From assembly GCA_951406725.2 (NCBI GenBank), contig OX597824.1, positions 6,758,001-6,822,000 on the forward strand: 64,000 bases of DNA, read 5' to 3'. Position 1 is the first letter of the stretch; each line of letters begins with the position of its first letter. The notes under the pieces were generated by a model. That model searched no databases. It was not told the origin of the DNA and worked only from the letters and a program-made list of their open reading frames with translations. The DNA is from Octopus vulgaris. Its lineage: Eukaryota. Below, in pieces: positions 54,720 to 64,000 of this stretch. The translations under genes and the position numbers were made by a program.

Positions 54720-55351
54720 GTACACATACACACATGCTCACAGATAAATTCCTTTTTTTTATTCATAACTGATAGCATCAAAAATGCAATCCAAGTTCTG
54801 GATTGTCAGCCGCCCTGTAGACTCCATTTTTATAAGTTTTATGGAAATAAAAGAAACCAAATTCTACCAAAGCATCACTGATGCTTGCAATGCTATTTCC
54901 AGTCGTCTTTCTTTACCAAGTTGAGCCAAAGAAGGATCCTCGCCATTCTAACATGGAATCCACTCCATGGAATTATAAGTCAAGTAAATTTAGTCAGGAA
55001 AGCATTATAATCAGATTTAGATTACGAAAAGAATGAACTGTACTGTTGTATGAGTGGTTAATGGTGTGGACTAATAGGATGGAGTGACTGTGTTTAAAAT
55101 CCCATGACTGGTTCTAAAAACTGTAATTTGTTAAGAGTGAGTTATTCATTCAGAAACACATTTCCAAAATAAGCTAAAAGTGCATTGAAATTTTTTTAAA
55201 TATATAAAAAGAATAGAAATTTACTTATTTCTTGTTTTAGATTAACTCATTTGTTATATTTCTATCAAAACATATCATCTTCAGTTCAATTAGTTTTGAA
55301 AATAACGAGAAATTTAGTAAAGTAACTTAACTATTATTGTTCTATATTTAA

Positions 55352-55499
55352 GAGATGAGGAATTATGTACATTATTTGTCCTCATCTTGCTTGTTGTTAA
55401 CACAATGTTTCGACTGATATACCCTCCAGCCTTCATCAGGTGTCTTGGGGAAATTTTGAACCTGGGTTCTTGTTCCTAAGGTATTTTTTGATGCTATTG

Positions 55500-55554
<55 letters not shown>

Positions 55555-55616
55555 AGTCAGTGTCTGGGTTTGAACTTGGAATCTTGGGGTTAGTAGCCCA
55601 TGCTCTTAACCACTAC
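55352..55616 (-). mobile_element. HHR-tailed SINE-like element, copy 5 (HHR 55399-55444)
   Basis: GACAC-CTGATGA-A-GGCTG..CAGTC-GAAA-CATT-GTGTT on the minus strand, head-to-head with copy 6. Confidence 0.75.
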
Positions 55617-55625
55617 ACTACAGAC

Positions 55626-55692
55626 ATATGGCATAGTGGTTAAGAGCACGGGCTACTAACCCCAAGATTCCGAGTTCGATTCCAGGCAGTGA

Positions 55693-55735
<43 letters not shown>

Positions 55736-55850
55736 AACCCAGGTTTGAAAATTTCCCCAAGACACCTGAAGAAGGCTGGAGGGTATATCAGCCGAAACGT
55801 GTTAACAACAAACAAGATGAGGACAAATATCCGTCAAATGTAAATAATGT
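55626..55850 (+). mobile_element. HHR-tailed SINE-like element, copy 6 (box A 55629-55639, box B 55674-55683, HHR 55761-55803)
   Basis: TGGCATAGTGG...GTTCGATTCC, then (AAT)n, then GACAC-CTGAAGA-A-GGCTG-GAGGGTATAT-CAGCC-GAAAC-GTGTT. Confidence 0.78.
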
Positions 55851-56450
55851 TAATCATTATTAATCTGGTGTCTGGGAGATTAACAAGGAACTTTATAGGA
55901 AAGTTTCAAATTTAGATCACTTTGAACAAAGAAGTTTGAGCCATAAAATAAGGACAGTGCCAAGGTGGACCGGTATTAAAAGGGTTAAATGGCAACTGAG
56001 CATTATTAGTATTTTATTTGTTATCAGCAGATTTGTATATAAGGAACAAATATTGTTCCATTCTTATACTTGTGTCAATATGTACGTTTTCTGATATTCT
56101 GGTAGTAATAGCCATGCTAGTTGTTCTGTTCTTGCAGAATGGAAGAACAAAAAATGTTGATGAAAGTAGTTAAGAAGCCAAACACATTGCATCAAAGTTC
56201 TTCAAAGCCTCCTGGTGAGATGGAATTAAGAATTTGAAGAACCATAAGTGAAGCAAATCTTAACCATTGCAAAACATCACAATGGTTGGTTCTATTTTTT
56301 GCCAGCCAGACTCTTGGTATGCTACACCTATAATGACATGGACACCAAAAGGAGGAGCACAAAGAAAAGGCCAGCCCAAAGAACACCTGATGTCAGACAA
56401 TCTAGGAAGACCTCCAATGCATGAGAACCATTTAGAACCTTGCTGCACAA

Positions 56451-56653
56451 GAGGACCTCAGCACAGGAGAGCCTCACAGCACAGGAGGGCCTCACAGCAC
56501 AGGAGAACCTCACAGCACAGGAGGACCTCACAGCACAGGAGGACCTCACAGCACCGGAGGACCTCACAGCACAGGAGGACTTCACAGCAGGGGAGGACCT
56601 CACAGCAGGGAAGGACCTCACAGCACAGGAAGACCTCACAGCACAGGAGGACC
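56451..56653. repeat. 18-bp minisatellite (GCACAGGAGGACCTCACA) x about 11, at the end of a decayed RTE-like ORF remnant
   Basis: Direct tandem units with point variants. Upstream WTPKGGAQRKGQPK resembles the RTE W.P.G.R..GRP motif. Confidence 0.85.
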
Positions 56654-56732
56654 AAAATCCAAGAAACTACTATTTAATATTTATTCTTTTTTAATACCAT
56701 TTAATTAATGAATATTGTTCAGTATTCTTTCA

Positions 56733-56958
56733 CCCTTTAGCATTTAAACCAGTCATATCAGACCCAAAGATTCAACCTGTTTTATGTCCAAACTGGCCAG
56801 ATCATCCTCGCACACTTATCCTGCAATGTCATTCTAGAAATAAACAGTCACATCATCCAAATCTCAAGGCTATGAGATGTTGTGTGATTAATTTATTTTT
56901 TAAATGTGAATAAAGAAGTATTACATTTGACAGAGTAATCTGAAAGCCAAAAGGTTAA
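56733..56958. mobile_element. Second piggyBac-like MITE family
   Basis: TTCA-CCCTTTAGCATT ... AAAGCCAAAAGG-TTAA imperfect TIRs. Confidence 0.5.
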
Positions 56959-57020
56959 TTAAGAAATATAATCAAAGCAAAGATGTAAAGAAACGAATGA
57001 AAGAAAAATCTTTCACTTAC

Positions 57021-57164
57021 TTGAGGGCCTTTAACAGATCCGAAATTTTTAGTTTCAATGTCTCCATATTTTGGGGGTCTTACACCATATTCGATATAAA
57101 TAAGAAGCTGATCAAACAGATCAGGGTACATGTTCTGCATCGCATCTGAGCCGGTTTTTATTGC
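57021..57164 (-). CDS. MON2: MON2 homolog, next coding exon (144 nt, phase 0-0)
   Basis: Acceptor ttcttctttattgcag|GCA and donor CAA|gtaagt. Encodes AIKTGSDAMQNMYPDLFDQLLIYIEYGVRPPKYGDIETKNFGSVKGPQ, colinear with MON2 (MQIMYPAIFDQLL..PPQYG.LETK) and in frame with the upstream exon. Confidence 0.88.
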
Positions 57165-58999
57165 CTGCAATAAAGAAGAAGAGAACAAAATCAAATAAAA
57201 ATGCATCAATAAGGTGTTACTCAGTTTTAGGGGTCTTCAGTAGTTCGAGGTTCACCATATATCAGCACTGCGACGGACTGGCGTCCCGTCCAGGTGAGGA
57301 ATTTCTACACCACTCAAACCGGGAAACCAGCCCTTTTTTTTATATATATATCAGCACCTTTGTGCAGCCCTGAGCAGAGTAGATTTGTGGAACACTGGTG
57401 GCCCCTCATGCATGCAAGTCTCCTATGTCCAAACCAAGAATGTTAACCATAGAGCTGCTACAGCTTGGCCAGTTGTGTCTCTGCTTGCATTGGATGTAAG
57501 AATGTAAAAGACTAGAAAAAAAAACACTGCAAGACATTTTTCTTGTAATCATTTTTACTTGCTTCACTCATTGGACTGCGGTCATACTGGGGCACTGCCT
57601 CAAAGGGTCTAAGTCAAATGAACCAACCCGCAGTATTTATATTCTAAAGCCTGGTAATTATTTTATTGTTCCTTTTTGATGAACCCCTAAGTTACAGGAA
57701 CATAAACAAACCAACATTTGTCAAGCAGTAATGCAGTGCAAATACACACACACATGCACACATACACAAACACACACAAACACACACACAGAAATACATA
57801 AACATGTCAGACTTCTTTTAGTCTCTGTCTACCAAATCCATACTCAAGTCTTTAGTTGGCCCAGAGCTGTAGTAGAAGACACTTGCCATACAGTGGGACT
57901 GAACCTGGAACCATGTGGTTGGCAAACAGTCCTACCAATCCTCAACCCAGGACTTGTACATATTGACATTGGCTCCGAAAGAATGAAAGGCCAAGATGAC
58001 CTTGTTGGGATTTGAACTCAAAATCCTGTCAAAACAAATCTCACAAGGCACTCCTATCCATCACTTTAACGACTCAACTAATTAATTGCTTTTAACCGTT
58101 AGGAGTGCTAAAATAATCACAATGCATTATGGGAATGAGAAATATTCTGCATTACGTTTATTGGTGCAAGCCAACAAAACAGACTAACGTTGAAAGTATT
58201 GGTCCTCAACCCTACTTTACCTATTGACCGCTGCAATTCCTACCTTACCTGGGTGGGCCCCTAATAACCAGTCGATGTCTAAAAAAATCCAATTATATTT
58301 TTACATTTCTATAATTGAATATTATAAGGAATTCCAATAAAAAATTACTGAAATATTTTGTATGTTGTAGAAGTGAAACGAATTTTATTGCATGTAAATT
58401 TTAACAACAAAATCTTATGTGGACCCTGGCTGGGGACTGGGGTATTCCAACCCAGATCATCTCATCTTTTAGGGAAAGGATTACCAGCTGGGACTGAAGT
58501 ATTGGTCATTTTCAAAATGGTAATCTCAATGCCAATACACATCTGCTACTTAAACTTTGCACCCAATATCATCTGGCCAAGATAAACACATTTTTTTCTC
58601 CATGTTCCCCTGTGTTTTTAAATTTCCCACGGAGTGGTTGGTGTTAGGAAGGGCATCCAGCCTCCATGGCTTATCAGACCACAGTCAAATCGTCCAACCC
58701 ATGCTAGCATGGAAAACGAATGTTAAATGATGATGGTGATGATGATAATGATGAATGGTCTTAGATTTTGGCACAAGGCCAGGAACTGCTGGGGAGAAGG
58801 CTGAGTCAAATACATGAACCTCACTGTTCAAACTGGTACTTATTTTATCAACCTCAAAAGGGATGGGAGGTAAAGTTGACCCCAGTGGGATTTGAACACA
58901 GAACATGAAGATGGACGAAATGCTGCCAAAACATTTTGCCTGGCATGGTAAGGATTCTACCAACTCGCTGCCATAATAATAATTATAATAATTATAATG

Positions 59000-59057
<58 letters not shown>

Positions 59058-60055
59058 TAATAATAATAATAATAATAATAAAAATAATAATAGTTTCAAA
59101 TTTTGCCACAAGGGCAGCAATTTTGGGGGAGGGGATGAGTTAATTAGATTGACCCACAGTGTTCAACTGGTTCTTATTTTATCGACCCCAAAAGGATGTA
59201 AAGCAAAGTCGACCTCGGTAGAACTTGAACTCAGCATGTAAAGAGGAATGAAATGCTGTGAAGCATTTTGCCTGTCATGCTAACAATTTTGCCAGCCCAC
59301 AACCTTAATAATAATAATAATAACATAAATAAGTAAAAGAAATAGAATAAAACCAATGGAAATGTTTATTATTGGCATAATGACCGCACCACCACTACCA
59401 CCACCACCACCACCACCACCAAGATACAACAAAAATTTGTTTCAAGATACAAATTCATAACAAGAATCTTGCAAACAAAATACAGAAACCAGAGGTCCAA
59501 TGCTATTGTTATTATAAAGACAAAACAAACAATGAACAAAAAAACAAAAAACAGAAGCGATTTTGAATGTTATACGAGAAAGTAGAGAATGTTTCCTTTT
59601 TTCCGAACTTTGTGTTTTTCCTACATTACACCAATCGCCATTTAATATTTATCAATGTAACAATCACAGACACTTAAGCTGGATGGAGTTTTATATCAAA
59701 ACAATACAAAGCGATTAGTGAAGAGCAAAAAAAAAAAACAAACAAAGTTTAATTGTACCTATGTAGACATTTCACATATGAGAGATTAGTATCTTGTTTA
59801 CATCACTGCAATTTATTATTTTTTTTTTTTTTAGGTTGTTAACAATGTTAAAAATTTCTATTTCCTTCCAACTGATTAGTTATTAATTTCTTGGGTCATT
59901 TACTAATTTGGAATATCATTATTCTGAACAGTTGGTAACAGGTGGGTTTTTTTTTGTTTGTTTTTGTTTTGTTATTTTTACAGTTTGCTGGTTTGGAAAA
60001 TTATAAGACCATTCTGTTTCCATGTATGTTATGGAGTTTGTTTAATAGCTTTTCT

Positions 60056-60061
60056 ATAATA

Positions 60062-60115
<54 letters not shown>

Positions 60116-60159
60116 TAATAATAATAATAATAATAATAATGATGATAATAATAATAATG

Positions 60160-60220
<61 letters not shown>

Positions 60221-60356
60221 TGATAATAATAATAATAATAATAATAATGATGATAATAATAATAATGATAATAATAATAATAATAATGAAGAAACTAATA
60301 ATAATAATAAAAAAAAAATAAAAATAATAATAATAATGATAATAATAATAATGATA

Positions 60357-60387
<31 letters not shown>

Positions 60388-60435
60388 TGATAATAATAAT
60401 AATAATAATAATGGCAATAATAATAATAATAAAAC

Positions 60436-60473
<38 letters not shown>

Positions 60474-60495
60474 CTAATAATAATAATAATAATTA
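60056..60495. repeat. About 440-bp (AAT)n microsatellite
   Basis: Direct read. Many other (TA)n, (CA)n, (GA)n, (GAT)n and (TACA)n tracts occur throughout, e.g. 1110-1560, 14440-14670, 17750-18390, 26030-26380, 43920-44060. Confidence 0.95.
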
Positions 60496-60809
60496 GAATT
60501 GTAACCAGGTCCTGCAGTGTTGTATTGATCAATGGTCCTTGTCTAATATGGAAAAGCTTATCATATTTTAACATTTTATTAATGGTCAGTTGTTATTTTA
60601 TTACTGTGAAAGTTGGTATAAAACAAATTGAGGTTGACAGTGGTGGGCGGGAGCTCTCTCTGTTCGTTTGCACATTGCATGCAGGCCTTAACAAGTGGCT
60701 GGGCCCACTCTGTAAAGTGGGTGGTGTTAGGAAGGACGTCCAGCTGTAGACACCAGGCCGAAACAGAAGACTGGAGCTTGGTGCAGCTCTACGGCTTCCC
60801 AGCTCCAGT

Positions 60810-61010
60810 CAAACTGCCGAACCCACACCAGTGTGGAAAATGGATATTAAATGATGATGAGAATGATGATGATGATGATGATAATGACGGCAGGAAATTG
60901 CCCCCACACAAACTGCCGAACCCACACCAGTGTGGAAAATGGATATTAAATGATGATGAGAATGATGATGATGATGATGATGATAATGACGGCAGGAAAT
61001 TGCCCCCACA
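60810..61010 (+). repeat. About 100-bp direct tandem duplication of an RTE tail plus flank
   Basis: CAAACTGCCGAACCCACACC...(GAT)n..GGAAATTGCCCCCACA occurs twice. Confidence 0.9.
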
Positions 61011-61249
61011 TGCCAATCTCTGCTCCCCATACAACTAATGTCATCCAAGGGAATGGTCATCAACTTGGACCATTACATCTTGGTACCAGTGGCATCACAA
61101 GTCTTGCCGTCTGAAGGATTAAAGGACCAGAACAGATACTGCGCAAGATATCCTTGTCTGACCTTCTAAACAGTTCTTCTAATCCATCACCCAAGATTTG
61201 TTCATTTTTTATTGATTCCCATCAAAAAAATGAAAGGCAATGTTGACAT

Positions 61250-61600
61250 AGGTACAGGAGTGGCTGTGTGGTAAGTAGCTTGCTTACCAACCACATGGTT
61301 CTGGGTTCAATCCCACTGTGTGGCACCTTGGGCAAGCGTCTTCGACTATAGTCTCGAGATGACCAAAGCCTTGTGAGTGGATTTGGTAGATGGAAACTGA
61401 AAGAAGCCCATCGTATATATATGTATATGTATATATATACGTGTGTGTGTGTGTTTGTGCGTCTGTGTTTGTCCCCCCCCCCCAACATCGCTTGATAACC
61501 GATGCTGGTGTGTTTACGTCACCGTAACTTAGTGGTTCAGCAAAAGAGACCAATAGAATAAGTACTGGGCTTACAGAGAATAAGTCCTGGGGTCAATTTG
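61250..61600 (+). mobile_element. SINE family A fused at its 3' end to an inverted family B fragment (61600-61690)
   Basis: Family A up to CCTGGGGTCAATTTG, then the minus-strand family B body. Confidence 0.75.
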
Positions 61601-62497
61601 CGTAACTGGTACTTAATTTATCGACCCCGAAAGGATGAAAGGCAAAGTCGACCTCGTCGGAATTTGAACTCAGAATGTAACCACAGAACGTAACAAGCCT
61701 TCTGCCACACAGAATGACTCCCATTATTTATTCTTAAACTGCTTCACCTTAGTTGTTGTCATTGAACAATACAGAGCTTGTAAAAGTCCAGAATCTAACC
61801 AAGCTTGTGTAATCAGGAGATGGAAAAATATTTGAATGAGAACACAAAAAAAGAAAAAAAGCTCAGAAGGGACAAGTGGAATGGTATCAATAAAAAAAGA
61901 CAGCTTGGATTGGTGTAAAACACAAATAAATTAGGTAGATGCAGTTATCATCATGAGAATTAATGAGTAAAAATAATGTGGCGTTCATTATCAATGCATA
62001 TGAATTCGTTTTAGTTCAGTGGACATCAAAGGGAATCGAAATAAATCAAACGATATCAGTCGAATGATTGTCATGCTGATACACAGCATCGTAAAAGATA
62101 ACCGGGACCGACTGTAACATTATATGCACACAAATCGTACTCTAAAGTAATAAAAACAAAACCTTTTATTCTGGTTTTGTTGTAAAATTTATGCCATGTT
62201 ACACAGGCGCAAACACACCTGGCCACTCATTGAAACCTCATAATTTATTGCCTGCTATGCAAATTTGACTTACTGTATAACGATTTTCATTAGTGACGCA
62301 TTGCAATTAAGCTGAGTTGCATTATCGTCATAACCACAAAGATGATTAGGGTCACCACCACCACCACCACAACCATCATTGCCATTGTCATCATCAACCT
62401 TTTAATGTCCAATTTTTAATGCTTGCCTGGGCTGAATGGAGTTTACTGAGACACCCTTCCTGCTATCAATGCTTACCTGCATTGATAGCCTTGAAGA

Positions 62498-62937
62498 AAG
62501 GCAGCGAGCTGGCAGAAACGTTAGCACACTGGGCGAAATGTCTAGCGGTATTTCATCTGCTGCTACGTTCTGAGTTCAAATTCCACCAAGGTCAACTTTG
62601 CCTTTCATCCTTTCGGAGTCGATTAAAGAGGTACCAGTTACACACTGGGGTTGATATAATCGACTTATTCAGTTTGTCTGACCTTGTTTGTCCTCTCTGT
62701 GTTTAGCACCTTGTGGGTGGTAAAGAAATAGGTTATTTTGTCTGCTGTTACGTTCTGAGTTCAAATTCTGCTGAGGTCGACTTTGCCTTTCATCCTTTTG
62801 GGATCGATAAATTAAGTACCAGGGGTCGATTAAAGAAGTACCAGTTAATCACTGGGGTTGAAGTAATCGACTTAATCCATTTGTCTGTTCTTGTTTGTCC
62901 CCTCTATGTTTAGACCCTGTTGGTAAAAAAGAAATAA
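62498..62937 (+). mobile_element. SINE family B dimer
   Basis: One head and two body units. Confidence 0.8.
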
Positions 62938-63549
62938 ATGCTTACCTGCTCCAAAGCAAGGTAATATTTTGTAAAAATCAGAAATGGTTGGCATTGCTTG
63001 TATGCCAATAACAGATATTTACAACATTTACCATGCAATCTGAAGACAAGGGAACACAGATGCCAGTACAATAATTCCTGATACAACCGGACACCCAAGA
63101 CACCATTTGTAAGCAAGTGATGACTTGGCACCAAGTACCAAGTTTTTGCTAATTACTGTGGGTGCCTTTGAGGCTGCAATCAATCATGAATACCATGCTG
63201 ACCATTACACACTTGAAGCAGAGGGACATCCAGCACATCATGGGGTGGGGGTGGGGTGATGAATGAACAGCCAGCTGGTGCTATAACAAAACTGAGTGCC
63301 TTGTTGAAAGCCATAGTGCCATCTGATCCAGGGACTGAACCCACACTTCGTAAGCAAGCTACTTACCACACAGCCACTCCTATGACTATAGTACAAAAAT
63401 TGTTATCTATCTAGCTGAACATAGGCAGTATTGTAAAACCTGACAAGCAGTTGATTTGTGAAATATTTATAAAAAGAAAACAAAATCTACTACAAAAAAA
63501 TTGTCTTTTTAAATTGTTGCATGTTAAAAAATATATTTGGGTTACTGAC

Positions 63550-64000
63550 CTTAATTAGAACTTGGACGGCATTGAGAGTTGATTCTTGCAAAGGGGTAAT
63601 CGTTAACTCTGGGTATGTTGGTATAATGAAGGGGGAAAAGTCACCATGGACTGGTACTGACAAAGCACTGCGCAGAACAGTTGAGAGCTTTTGCAGATCA
63701 GCAGCCACAAAACGGGATTTAATATGGTGAAACAAAGATGGAAATGTGTGGACAAGAGCCGTGAGGAAGGACTGAGAAGGAATATACAGCTTCTGACTTT
63801 TGCCAGTTGGTGCCTTTGTAGATAATGTTCCAATATTCAGCCACACACGCCAGGCAGTTGACCAAAGAGTTAGGTCGTTATCACTTTTTGATCCTTCGTT
63901 TTGAGATAGTTTGGAAGCAGTGAGAGTCTCGTCTTCAGATCGGCACATCACCTCTTCACTGGGGGGTATCACATTGCCACGACCACCACGAGTGTCCTCG
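63550..64000 (-). CDS. MON2: MON2 homolog, internal coding exon (5' part runs off the window)
   Basis: Translation LWSTAWRVWLNIG...YIPSQSFLTALVHTFPSLFHHIK...DLQKLSTVLRSALSVPVHGDFSPFIIPTYPELTITPLQESTLNAVQVLIK matches my recollection of the MON2 C-terminal region (FIPSQPFLTAL...DLQKL...SPFILP...LQEA). The frame is open to the window edge. Donor AAG|GTCAGT at 63550/63549. Confidence 0.88.

Noticed and set aside
55626-55695. tRNA gene (also heads at 38262, 40855, 50350, 53300)
   Set aside because: Box A/B are present but there is no clean acceptor stem or cloverleaf, and each continues into a dispersed repeat body. These are SINE heads.
56451-56653. Regular repeat as a CRISPR array or repeat protein
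   Set aside because: The units are contiguous with no unique spacers, the context is eukaryotic, and the open frames follow from the 18-nt stop-free unit.
1063-60749. Many ORFs rich in YI/CV/HT/poly-I/poly-L/poly-H
   Set aside because: They are translations of (TA)n, (CA)n, (AAT)n and (GAT)n microsatellites that lack stops, with no protein-like composition.

Overview
AT-rich eukaryotic DNA saturated with microsatellites and SINEs. The repeat families resemble those I recall from Octopus genomes, so a coleoid cephalopod is my inference. The only host coding sequence I can support is two minus-strand exons of a MON2 homolog (63550..>64000 and 57021..57164, canonical phase-0 GT-AG). I found no further MON2 exon, so the rest appears intronic. 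Repeats include several tRNA-headed SINE families, RTE and CR1-type LINE 3' remnants, piggyBac-type TTAA MITEs, fold-back elements and a probable Helentron-type element. The most notable signal is about 13 minimal type-I hammerhead ribozyme (HHR)-like motifs from at least six unrelated element families. Six of them lie in one SINE-like family built as tRNA-like Pol III head + (AAT)n + HHR tail, which twice occurs as divergent inverted pairs. Ribozyme folds were read by eye and are not computed or tested. Nearly all ORFs in the supplied track are microsatellite or SINE artefacts.
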